A stretch of 63,479 nucleotides of DNA from the NCBI RefSeq assembly GCF_001194135.2, contig NC_068993.1:14917568-14981046 (forward strand), read 5' to 3'. Position 1 is the stretch's first letter. Every line of letters starts with the position of its first letter. The translations under genes and the position numbers were made by a program. A model generated the notes under the pieces. It ran no database searches and had not been told where the DNA came from. It was given only the letters and a program-made list of their open reading frames with translations. Shown here piece by piece: positions 1-11,760 of the stretch. Origin of the DNA: Octopus bimaculoides (Eukaryota).

Positions 1-27
1 ATCATGGAGTCTGGTCTCGCTTATGGC

Positions 28-98
<71 letters not shown>

Positions 99-141
99 CT
101 AGATAGATAGATAGATAGATAGATAGATATATAGATAGATA
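28..141. repeat. (TAGA)n microsatellite
   Basis: Direct tandem TAGA units with two small interruptions. Confidence 0.95.
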
Positions 142-362
142 GAGAGATTGAGTGATTATTAGGTGGGTAAATATGCGTGTCTCTTTCTGTGAAAGCAACA
201 AAGAGAGAACGGAAGCGTTTTCGTTACATAGATGCTTCCCTAGTTATCTAAAGGAGATTATATAAAATATATTAGTTCTCAATAAATATTTCAACGCGAA
301 GAACTCGCTTGCAAACACGCGTGCATAACAGGTAAACAGGCGTGTGAGTGTGTGTGTGAGTG

Positions 363-404
<42 letters not shown>

Positions 405-836
405 CGTGCGTGCATGTATGTACATATAATTTATTTAAACTGAATTGACACCTTACTCGAGTTTCACACTGCTGTGATTATCAATCTATATTTTCATAAC
501 TGTGTTTATGTAGGAGGAGAAAGTGCATGGTTGTATGTTAATAATACTGTCATAAGAGCGTATTTGGTTTCTGTTTGCGAAGCACTGGTTTTCTGCACTG
601 TGGGAACCTACTTAAGAATCTATACAGTTATGGTGTACACCCCGTAAAATTAGCAACTATGAGATGACACTAACATGTTGCAAAGGATATTTAAAGATTC
701 CAACATTTATAAAACGACAACATGAACTTGACATACTCTTTCTTTTTATACGTTTATCATCAAATTACCATTTCAAATGTTAAGTACGAATTTACCGATA
801 GCATTTGTATTCGATTGACATATGCACGTTAACATA

Positions 837-1096
837 TGCTAAATCCCCACTTCGGTCATGAATGACCATGCATACCAGGCTCTCCTCTCCACGCCGCCGA
901 TGTTATCCAAGGGAAAGGCAAAGGAGCCGATATAGCTTAGCACCAGTCACATCGCAAGTCATTTCTACAAGTGAGTGAACTGGCGCAACGTGAAATAAAG
1001 CGTCTTGCGCGAGAACACGACACGCAACCTGGTCCGGGAATCGAACTTGCAACCTCGCGATAGTGAGCTCAACGCTCTAACCACTGAGCCATACGC

Positions 1097-1097
<1 letters not shown>
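837..1097 (-). mobile_element. tRNA-derived SINE, family A
   Basis: Minus strand starts AGCGTATGGCTCAGTGGTTAGAGC (A box) and has GTTCGATTCC (B box); body matches the plus-strand copy at 28819-29120. Confidence 0.85.
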
Positions 1098-1127
<30 letters not shown>

Positions 1128-1147
1128 AAGAAGAAGAAGAAGAAGAA
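1098..1147. repeat. (AAG)n microsatellite
   Basis: About 16 perfect AAG units; source of the poly-K in ORF 1005-1286. Confidence 0.95.
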
Positions 1148-1160
1148 TAGTCATGATGAT

Positions 1161-1363
1161 TTCAAATTTTGCCCCAAGGACAGCAATTATGGATGGGGGA
1201 GATTACATCGACCCCAGTGTTCAGCAGATACTTATTTTATCGACCCCGAAATGATGAAAGGTAAAGTTGACCTCGGCGGAATTTGAACACAGAATGTAGC
1301 AACGGGCGAAATACCGCTAAGCATTTCGTTCGACGCGTTTAGTGGTTCTGCCACCTCGCCGCC
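1161..1363 (-). mobile_element. SINE family C
   Basis: Reverse complement of GGCGGCGAG..GGCAGAA..TTAGCGGTATTTCG..GTTCAAATTCCGCCGAGGTCAAC..CCTTTCATC..GGGGTCGATAAAATAAGTA; same family as 53085-53317. Confidence 0.85.
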
Positions 1364-1441
1364 ATAAAAAATTGTCAATAAATGTGTAATGGATAACATT
1401 CCTATGTCTTAGTCGAAGGAAATAGTCATGCACGAGCGCAT

Positions 1442-1446
1442 GGTAA

Positions 1447-1510
<64 letters not shown>
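1442..1510. repeat. (TAG)n microsatellite
   Basis: Direct tandem units; source of the poly-T ORF on the minus strand. Confidence 0.95.
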
Positions 1511-1515
<5 letters not shown>

Positions 1516-3032
1516 CCGTCGTTATCGCGGTCATCGTGAAGACGGTATAGCTGGCGACTTTACTGTACGTAGTGGCAGAGCGTATAACACCGTTGTTAAA
1601 TCGACACCTAGTTAGTCTGTAATTACAGGTGGAACTAATACAATCTAAGATATCAAACCGACATTGGAATTCATCGCTCCCTATTTTATAGCATTTTAGA
1701 ATATCTATACCAGTTATGCACTCTAATGGATTAAATTGTTTGCAGTTTTCATATATTGCAAAATATCTCCTTAAACGAAGTCTCGAAGAAATCAATATTC
1801 CAGATAACCATTCTAGCTTCAGTTGATTCTTCTCCATTTATCCAGTTCACATATAGTTTACTTCTGGTGAGAATTCAATTATATTAACAGTATATATTAT
1901 ATTGTCATTTCGGTGGCCCTATATTTCGTATAGGTCACCAGACAAAGCGTTTCTATGCTTTCTGAAACATTATGCGTTTCTCTTACAAGAAATACACATA
2001 AAAAAATGTATTTACTACAAACTGAAAGAGGAGAAAAAAAAATATTCGTAAAGTTTCTAGGAAACCATTGTTTCTTAGCGTTTTCTTTTTATATTTTTTA
2101 CTACACACACACACACGCACACATGCAGACACGCACATATGCGGACACGCATATGTGTGTGTGCATGTGTGTGTTTCTACGAATATTTTTTCCGCTTTTG
2201 ACAATAAAATATGCGAATATCTATTTTCACGAAGACGTATTCGATATAAATTTCCTATAATATAATGTCTGCTTACAATAGCACGAATGACACAAAAGAA
2301 TTATCAGAGAGAAGAATGATGATGTCGAAGAATCAATCAATCGATGTATATTTTAATAAATATTTCTAGTATCTATGTATTTAACCGACATGAATTAATG
2401 TCATATTATTGTTTGTTTTCCTATTTTTATCATTATTTCTGTTTTCCTTTACTCTTGTTCGAGCATGATAATCAATATATATACATATACGTACACATAT
2501 GGACAAATGTCTACATACATATATTAATGTATGAAGCATAGCTGATAGACAGACGAATTCAGTGATAATAAAATTATGTAACAAATCCTATTGGATAAGA
2601 CTAACTGTGGCTGTATTGTAGCATAATACTAATGACAGTACATTATACTAAAAGGCATATGAATGCAAACTTGTCTTATTTCACAAGATACAACCTCCTG
2701 GCTGTGGGTTTATGAAATATGAGACACTAACACAGATCTTGCTTAGAAATACACTGTGATGGTGGAAATCGTACGTTTTAAAGCTTAAGTTAGCATTGTT
2801 GTTCTTGACTGCTCTGAGATATCTGTGTTGAATTCGGTTGTATCTCAAAAAATGTTAGATTTATCAGTCAGCAGCAAGGAAAACTACTTACACACACACA
2901 TACACGCACATAGACATGACAGAAGTAAATAGACACTACATAAAACATCGCTTTATACTTATTCTAACTTGTAAAGTTGTTTTTTTTTTATTAATTCACA
3001 TTTTCATATTTCAGGTTCTGCTTAATGATGTC

Positions 3033-3394
3033 ATGTACAAAAGGACCCTTGGAAATGAATTTTAAAGGGGCTGTATTGTAGGTCATTCTGAAGGTGGACA
3101 TAGCGTAAAATCGCAGAAAACCTTGGGATCATTCTTTCTACAATTAAAAGAGTGATTGTGCAATACAGCAGAGAAGGAAAAGTGTGCACATCATCTCCCT
3201 CGGTTCAACCAGGTCCGTCTGATAGGACCTTTCTCTTTGCCAAGAGAAGTGTGGAGGATAATCCTCGTTGCAACGCCTCTGACAACGTAGAACAATTTGC
3301 TGCCGGTCGCAGAACAGCTGTCAGGTATCTCTACAGACTTTGTTACAATGGCAGAGCAGCAATAAGGAAGCCACACATTACATATGAATATTAG
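3033..3394 (+). mobile_element. Tc1/mariner transposase N-terminal relic (paired-like HTH region), with a stop and frameshift
   Basis: MYKRTLGNEF*RGCIVGHSEGGHS / AENLGIILSTIKRVIVQY..SDRTFLFAKRSVEDNPRCNASD..RRTAVRYLYRLCYNGRAAIRKPHIT matches the Tc1 pattern ELSEFERGxIVG..IA..LG..STV..GR..RKP. Confidence 0.8.
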
Positions 3395-3420
3395 CATATT
3401 ATTTAACACAGAGAATACGT

Positions 3421-3625
3421 GAGATGGCAGACTCATTAGCACGCTAGGCAAGAAACTTAGCAGAGTTTCGCGTTTCTTGACGTTCTGAGTTCAAATTCTG
3501 CTATGGTTGACTTTCCATTTCATCCTTTTGGAGTCGACAATATAAGTACCAGTTGAACACGTGTGTACATTTAACTAACTTGTCTCTTCCCCAAAATTGC
3601 TGTGCTTGTGCCAAAATTTGAAACC
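3421..3625 (+). mobile_element. SINE family C, diverged
   Basis: TGGCAGA..TTAGCACG..GAGTTCAAATTCTG..CATTTCATCCTTTTGGAGTCGACAATATAAGTACCAG. Confidence 0.75.
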
Positions 3626-3687
3626 ATTGTTTAACATGGAGACACAGAGTAGTTTAATATTTGACTTATCATAGGTAATACAATACT

Positions 3688-3822
3688 GATTTCAAATTTA
3701 GGTTCAAGGCCAGTAGTTTCGGTGGAGCAGGTATGTGGATTACAGCGACCCAATTACTAACTGCAGCTTTTTTATTATTTTAACTAAACATAAATGATGA
3801 AAGGCATATTAGACCTCGGCGT
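3688..3822 (-). mobile_element. SINE family C, partial and diverged
   Basis: Plus strand TTCAAATTTAGG..AAGGCCAG..GATGAAAGGCATATTAGACCTCGGCG is the reverse complement of the family C 3' half. Confidence 0.6.
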
Positions 3823-4939
3823 TCACTATATATAATACTGTAATATAGTTAGTTATTTCGTGTACATCCTATGTCGACTAAATCATTTTTACCCAGTATT
3901 ACCTAGTATTAGGAAACATACGCAGAATCCGAATAAATGCTCAAAGACATTTGTTATTTCATGCAGGATGTTGCCATTTGGACAGACTTTAGAGCGTTCA
4001 TGAATATTTATATTTCTCATAGGATATTTCTTCTACGTTCCAAATCCACTCAAGAACTTTATTTGTTAATGTTATTTCTACAGGTATTCTATAGAAATTA
4101 TAACCAGCATTGATTTTTGCTGCTGCATTTCATATACGAAACGTCAGATGTAAAGAAACAATGAGATCGGAGATAAAAATATGGCGTATATGCCATAGTT
4201 CACGGTGTTTTGCCCCTTCATAAGCATCCATCTAACCTATTAATCTTTCACGGACACATTGCTTACAGAGCCACTATATATATAGTGGTGTAAAGCTATT
4301 GGATATACCAATTTACATATTAAACGCATTCCTGGAGACTGGTACGCAAATACTAATGACTTGTAGGTACATGGTATTTCCGTATGCAACTATAATATCC
4401 AATAAAGTATAATATAATGTAAAAGAGCACTGCTAACTGAGTAGAACGCGATATTGACTTAAAAACATTTAATGTAGTGTATAATGTATTATGGCTGTAT
4501 AACGAAATATCACGTAACTACAAATCCTAAGTATCGCTCAAGAACTACAGTGTTAATCATTTTCCAAGGCCAAGACCACAACATCTAAGTGAAGAAGCCT
4601 GAGATGTTTTATTCTGAACGTTGAAGTGAAATTAAATATCTGTTACCCCTCCCTCATCTTTCCATCAGGTGATTATGTATGTTTTCATTTTTCTTAGGAA
4701 ACAAAGAGTATTAGAATATATAACAACAATAACTGAGCTGAGCCAACTCAGAGGTTTTACTAATGATTTAATCCTTTTCTAAATGTATATATGTTCATTA
4801 GCATAGAATAATCGTAACGGTTTTCCTGTTACTGAAGAATGGAAGGAAAAAAAATCAACCTCATATTGTTAACGTAGCTACATATCGATTTTGTTACACA
4901 CACAATATTGTTTCACTTATAGATTAAATATTTTGACGG

Positions 4940-4979
4940 CTATACATACATACAAACATACATACATACATACATACAT

Positions 4980-5015
<36 letters not shown>

Positions 5016-5022
5016 GTATTTA

Positions 5023-5092
<70 letters not shown>

Positions 5093-5160
5093 TATATGTA
5101 TGTATGTATGTGTGTGTGTATGTATGTATGTATGTATGCATTTGTGTATGTATGCATTCA
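4940..5160. repeat. Compound (TACA)/(CA)/(TA)/(TATG) microsatellite
   Basis: Direct inspection. Confidence 0.95.
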
Positions 5161-5439
5161 TTTATATATCACCACGTGAGTTATTGGAGACTGGAATTGT
5201 TAGACAATTTCGATTTCCCATTGATCCAAGTTGCACATCAATAGTTACATGTTAATGGCGTTGTTGATAAACACTCGCATTATTGTCAGCATAATTAAAA
5301 AATGATATTCCTTCAGCATATCGGGTGAATGTCCTAGTGGAAACCATAAGTATCACTGGCGAATAAGTATGATATAATATAATGGCGTACAATTATACAC
5401 GCAGTTTTAATACTCCCACGCATATTACAATGGAGCATT

Positions 5440-5610
5440 CAGTATATGACATTTAGAATGTGAAACGAGGCTGCACTAGCTCCAGGCTTGTACTCGTCTT
5501 CAGGTAAGTAGTCTGGAGCCAACTGGATTGCTTTGCTCAAGGACACAGAACATATCTCGGGCCAGCCATCAAAAACATGATCATACGATCGTGAGCCCGA
5601 CTTCGCCAGA
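5440..5610 (-). mobile_element. SINE family A fragment
   Basis: TTGCTCAAGGACACA..ACGATCGTGAGCCCGAC is the reverse complement of the family A head/centre. Confidence 0.5.
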
Positions 5611-5676
5611 GCGAACTTTAGGTTAATTTATGTTAACTATGTCTGTGACACATTTCAACTGCTAAAGGTAAATTCG

Positions 5677-6176
5677 CTGCAGTTACCATGAAGAAAATCT
5701 TGTTTCTTATGGTAAAAAAGGTCCAAAATTATCATGCCTGTCCACCTGTCGGACTCCCAGACATTGATGTTTCTATCTTCTTAGTCGTTATCAATGGGGA
5801 ATACCGAAGAGAGGCAACTCTGTACAGACCTAGTCAAGCTTTAGTGTTAAATAAAATACACTCAACAACATTGACTCATTTGTGTCAGTGGATGGTTAAG
5901 ATCGTGAAAACTACAGAAATATCGACACAAAGCAGGGTTTAGGTATATTTCAACTGCTAAACACAAATTCAATGCAGTTACCATGTATTTTAGGTAAAGT
6001 CACGACTTGATTATGTCAGCCCAGAGTTGTCTCTGCAGTATTTCTCATTGATGCGGCTAAGATTCTAGAAATATAGATGTCTGGGAATCCGACAGGTGGC
6101 AGCACTGGACAGATATAGTCATTTTAGAAGTTTTTGTTACCATAAGAGAGAATTTCTTTCGCCACAGTAACTGCAG
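5677..6176. mobile_element. Foldback / MITE-like element with about 100-110 bp imperfect terminal inverted repeats
   Basis: 5677-5775 (CTGCAGTTAC..TCTTATGGTAA..CTGTCCA..CCTGTCGGACTCCCAGACAT..TTTCTA) is the reverse complement of 6066-6176. Confidence 0.7.
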
Positions 6177-8713
6177 TAAAATTGATAGGGTGACATACAT
6201 GGGATTGGATATATTCATCTATGGTGAAGAAATGAGGAACCATACCTGTCAGAATAATTTCTTCGTGTTAGAGGAAATAATTCTTTTCTCTTAGATAAAG
6301 AGTTAGTTCTAAAATATTCTCTTCTCACTACGGCATACAAACTTATCCAAAGTCAACCTCCTCAGTAACTAATTTACGTGTGATTATTCCAGTAACGAAT
6401 GCAGTTGCGTAACAAAAATAGTTTGTGTGATTGGATGATAATCATAAGCTCGTGTATTCAATTTTGGGACAGGTGGTGCATTATACTTATGGACAAGGCA
6501 TTTAATTTGAAGATATTTCTTGTTAGTCCGGTTTCTTCAACCATGTACTGGTACAATCCTCTCTCTAGTTTCCACATTCTGTACTTTACTCTGCTAATAC
6601 ATGGGTTAACGCGTCCAAGACAATCAACGATATTTGCTAGTTGCCAAGTTAAATGAAATGCTGCCATAGACTAGTATTTTTTTCTAAAGACAGTCTTAAA
6701 ATATGCAAGTGCTTAAAAATTGCGCTTAAAATTGTAGCAAGTTACAGCAAACAACAATTTCGACATCGACAGCAGCAGGATCAGTAATAGCAGTACAAGT
6801 TTAGTTATCTAGCTAACTGACCAGCACATATTAACCTGGAAACATTAAAATTACCGATCAAATTGCAGTTGACTGGAAAGACAACTATGCAACGTAAGAG
6901 AAATTATTATTATCATATTACTGATGGGTGTTACACAAAATCTCGATTTAATTTCCACTTCAGCTTTCAATTTGTGCCAATTTTGATGTAATGCAAACAC
7001 AGAAAGAATGAAAAACACACAAATGTTAAAGAAATAATGAAAAAAAAAACCTGGTACTTGTATTTTAAGCAACGCACTATACTTTTAAAATTTAATGATT
7101 TTTTTCTCTCCTGTTGAGAAATATGGATTTTAATTTTATGCCTTAAGCAGCAGGCAATAATGATTTTAATATTTTACAGAGAGGAGAATTTGTCTAATTT
7201 TTCCTTTTTCCATGTATTTATTTATTTATTCTTTTATTTATTATTTTATTTGTTTGTTTGAGAAAGAGATTAATGTTAAATCTTAAGCCGATTACAGAGT
7301 AAATGAACGAGAAAAATGAAGGTGTTAATAGGGAAAGACGATTAGANNNNNNNNNNNNNNNNNNNNNNNNNNNNNNNNNNNNNNNNNNNNNNNNNNNNNN
7401 NNNNNNNNNNNNNNNNNNNNNNNNNNNNNNNNNNNNNNNNNNNNNNNNNNNNNNNNNNNNNNNNNNNNNNNNNNNNNNNNNNNNNNNNNNNNNNNNNNNN
7501 NNNNNNNNNNNNNNNNNNNNNNNNNNNNNNNNNNNNNNNNNNNNNNNNNNNNNNNNNNNNNNNNNNNNNNNNNNNNNNNNNNNNNNNNNNNNNNNNNNNN
7601 NNNNNNNNNNNNNNNNNNNNNNNNNNNNNNNNNNNNNNNNNNNNNNNNNNNNNNNNNNNNNNNNNNNNNNNNNNNNNNNNNNNNNNNNNNNNNNNNNNNN
7701 NNNNNNNNNNNNNNNNNNNNNNNNNNNNNNNNNNNNNNNNNNNNNNNNNNNNNNNNNNNNNNNNNNNNNNNNNNNNNNNNNNNNNNNNNNNNNNNNNNNN
7801 NNNNNNNNNNNNNNNNNNNNNNNNNNNNNNNNNNNNNNNNNNNNNNNNNNNNNNNNNNNNNNNNNNNNNNNNNNNNNNNNNNNNNNNNNNNNNNNNNNNN
7901 NNNNNNNNNNNNNNNNNNGTATATATATTATATATATTATACGTTATATATATATATATATATTCATACATATGTCGTATCTAACTTCAACGTTAATCAT
8001 GTATTTGTAACATCAATCTCCATCTGGCGATACACTCTCCTTTAGGTGACACTTTCTAAATCATTTGAATTGCGAATTCCCTATATGACCAGAGGACATC
8101 CTAAGTTAAGGCATTCATGCCTTGTTTTCTTTTTCTATCAATCATATCATTGACATACAAATACTAAAATTGTGTTAGCCAGCAATAAATACGAGGTGCT
8201 GCATTTGCTTCGCCAAAAGCTTCCTGACAACTTTCACCACATTCATCCGATCAAATTGATGCTTTATTTAAGCACAGCCGACACGGAAATTCAGATTAAC
8301 AAATGTCCATTGTTTCTCAAGGCCGCATCAAGAGTAATTAATTCAAACCTAATTCATTCAGGTAGAAATTCTATTAATTATATCTTATAAATCCTTACCG
8401 AAATTACACAAAATATGGTCGAAATTAATAAATATATAATTTTTAAGGCGTGGAATAGTATAGAAACACAAAAATGATGTATGTAAAGCTTATGTCAACG
8501 TAATGCTGCTAAGTAAATTATTAAATATGACACGTCCATAAGATTTTCTTTTTAAATGCTAATTCTTGCTTAACCGATAATTAAAGCTGGTTTTGTCTAT
8601 TCGCTATATATGATTGTCTGATGGTATATAAGATTAATATATATAATTTAGGGGTACGGTAATTCAAACAGATTGCTTTTCATATGTTTTTGATTTTAAT
8701 ATATGTAAAATGT

Positions 8714-8930
8714 AAGGCAGCTAGTTGGCGGAAACGTTAGCATGCCAAGCGAAATGCTTAGCGGTATTTCGTCTGTCTTTACATTCTGAATTAAAATTCC
8801 GCCGAGATCGACTTTGCCTTTCATCCTTTCAGGGTCGATAAATTAAGTACTAGTTGTGTACTGAGGTTGATCTCATCGACTGGCCTCCTTCCCAAAAATT
8901 TCGGGCCTTGTGCCTGGACTAGAAGAGAAT
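8714..8930 (+). mobile_element. SINE family C, full length
   Basis: AAGGCAGCTAGTTGGCGGAAACGTTAGC..AATTCCGCCGAGATCGACTTTGCCTTTCATCCTTTCAGGGTCGATAAATTAAGTAC..CAAAAATTTCGGGCCTTGTGCC. Confidence 0.9.
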
Positions 8931-9672
8931 ATATGTAACATGTGACTAACTGAATTATTAAGTTATAACATATATATTTAATCTAAAAATTGAAACTGGA
9001 TTGCAATGTGACTTCTCACGTAGCATGCCTATTGCTCTATGAAACTTGCATGAAATTCAGCCAAAACTTAGAGTTCCAGCGGAGTAGAAATGAAGAAACC
9101 TGCAGGGCAAATTGGATTGTATGGCTTTTTTTCAACAAAACCTTCAGTCATAGCAAAATAATTAAAATAAATTAGCTTCGACTCACAATTTAAAAAAAAA
9201 AAAAGTACTCCAGAACAAAATTGTGTGAAAATCTTTAAGCCTCTGCGGCGTTTAAATTAGCGATGTAAAAAAATGTTTTTTTTTCTTTTTTTTTTCTTAC
9301 ATGGCGACAATCGACAGTACGAATAGAGAGGAAAGGAATCTAGTTCATCGGAACTTATTTATTCAGCACCGGAGGAGATTTTAGTCCATAATACACGACA
9401 CGAAGATATAAAACTGAGTATTGTACCGTGTATAATCTAAATTAATTGTTTATTTCTACATACATTATACCATTTACAGTATATTCAATTACCTGCTCGA
9501 GTTTTCTATATCGTTTGTAATAATATACTAGTAATATTACTAAACATAACTACCTTTTTACCAAAATATGTTCTTCCTAATTTCTACGAAACAATAAATA
9601 TATCTGTTCTATATTTAAGAGATGAGGAATTATGTACGTTATTTACATTATTTACATTTGACGGATGAAACC

Positions 9673-10146
9673 AATAAGCTGTCCATAGTCTGTCTACTTT
9701 ATGTGAAAGGCCTCTCCGAAAAGATACAAAAGATATGCAGCCCACATCACATCAGGACCGTATTCAAGAGTAATACAACACTTCGCACATATCTCCTTCG
9801 AGTAAAACCACCAATAGAAGAGAATATTACCAAAGACTTCGTGTACTCCATCCCATACAGCTGTGATAGGTCATATAAAGGCGAAAAATGCTGCCCCATC
9901 AACATAAGTGTAGACGAACATCGCAAAGCTGTGACACAAGGAGATATTGATAAATCGGGTATAGCTGATCATGTATGGAAAATGGAGACCAGCTCCTCCT
10001 GTGGTATGAAGTTAAATAGACAGAGAACACCATTGGAAAATACGAAAACTAATAGAAGCAGCACATATGCTAGAACACAACAACCTCCTAAGCAGACATA
10101 TTGCAGATATGAGCAGCATATGGGAACCGGTATTAAGGAAGGATAG
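9673..10146 (+). mobile_element. Penelope-like element, C-terminal GIY-YIG endonuclease fragment (decayed)
   Basis: LLYVKGLSEKIQKICSPHHIRTVFKSNTTLR..VYSIPYSCDRSYKGE..VDEHRKAV..KSGIADHVWK, then after a frameshift DREHHWKIRKLIEAAHML..SSIWEPVL; typical PLE pattern LPYV.G.SE..VY.IPC.C...Y.GET.R...R..EH. Confidence 0.85.
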
Positions 10147-10179
<33 letters not shown>

Positions 10180-10365
10180 TGGAATTTACAAAAAAAAAAC
10201 AGAAGACGGAAACAGGTGTGTAAACAACACACAGGTGTATTAGTCTAACGCTCGGGAAGGTGAGAAAGTCTTTTACGTTTCGAGCCTACGCTCTTCAACA
10301 GAAAGTAACACGAGAAAATGAACAGAGAGAATTAAAAAATGGTTTAGTGGCTAGCAGTCGATCAT
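10180..10365 (-). mobile_element. PLE pseudo-LTR-like segment carrying a hammerhead motif
   Basis: Contains the minus-strand hammerhead-like motif at 10270-10305; its 3' end abuts (TA)n at 10150-10178. Confidence 0.6.
10270..10305 (-). ncRNA. Minimal type-I hammerhead ribozyme-like motif, core variant CUGUUGA
   Basis: Minus strand CTTT-CTGTTGA-A-GAGC(GTAG)GCTC-GAAAC-GTA-AAAG: 4-bp stem I, 4-bp stem II, palindromic ACGU stem III, GUA triplet. Confidence 0.6.
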
Positions 10366-10626
10366 TCAATTGATCGACTGCGGATTTCTCATGGCAATAC
10401 GAAATTGGAATTAAAAGACGAAATACACTGATGAAATTTCTCCGTACACATATCGACATACAATACATATATGAGGTTTCAAAACTGGACAGTTTTCACC
10501 CAAGTCCATGCTTAATAGAAGACCTTGAGGTATATCATCTCGAAAGTTCATACTTAGATACTATTTCTCTATCTGTCTGCATTTCTCTCACTTCCCACTG
10601 TACATCTGACTATCTGTCTGTTAGTC

Positions 10627-10654
10627 TCTATCTATCTATATCTATCTATCTATA

Positions 10655-10705
<51 letters not shown>
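10627..10705. repeat. (TCTA)n microsatellite
   Basis: Direct inspection. Confidence 0.95.
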
Positions 10706-11479
10706 TTCTCTGCTTACTGTATGTCATGCTTGGTTTATTCTATCAAAAATACCTACTTTCATTCTTACTTACACAATCAAATTGATTATATTACATATCA
10801 CGAACTGAAATATTACGTGCATAATAAGTACTATGTTTAGACATGATCTAACTTCGTGACATAAATGTATAATTTTCGATTTGTTCTGATGTATACTTCC
10901 TTTATGCACGTAAGTGATTGATACATGTCACATAGCTGTATTTGCGTCAAACAAAATATCCGGGGCTTTATATTTTTTCTTTCCTTTTTTTTTCTTTTCT
11001 GAAGACGACAGTATTCCATTCATGTTAAAACTTCACGAGATTTTGTTATAAGTTAGTCGATATTACAATATTTGATTGTAGGGAAATTTGAAGGCATGGA
11101 ATTATATGTAAACAAGACATCAAATACCCATTTCTGTTGTTTTCGGTTTGAATGTGTTTATTGGGTTACTGCCAAATATTCGCAATTTACTTCCTCTTCG
11201 CTATAGTTTATGTCTTTATATAAATATATTAAATTTAGAAATATAAATGTATTCCAGTTATGTGCAGCCTTTAGAATAGGTGAACAGTTTACCTATTATC
11301 TATCATTCACTGCTAGCAATAACAAAGCTATATAAACAATACGGATGATATTATTGGATTGATCTAGAAGAATCAGCTGTATCCATGCCCTTCACAGGGG
11401 CGCCTAAGAATGATAGAATCAGAGTCGTTAATTTTTATCTTGAAGTGTGTACGTCCACAGCAACAGGCAAAAAAAGCCA

Positions 11480-11760
11480 TGACAGAGACGAAATTCCAGA
11501 AAGACCATCGCCCTGGCTGAACAGAGAAGGTTTAAGGGCAATTCGGTCGTAGGAATATTAGATACCTTATAGGAGGTGTGAATAACAAATATGAGTTCAA
11601 GGTGCTGAACTGGCGACCAGATTGTCTGCGTCCCAGTATTTTTAAACGCTTAGTGATTACGTCGAAAAGATATGAATTAAAAAGCAATTCTGACGTTATA
11701 AGGCATGGCATACAATTTATCAGGAATTATTTATCAATTTACTGAAATTTATACATTTAA
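11480..11760 (+). mobile_element. Possible decayed CR1-group LINE (EN-RT linker)
   Basis: PSPWLNREGLRAIRS resembles the linker motif PW.N.....AIR; downstream frames are broken. Confidence 0.3.
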
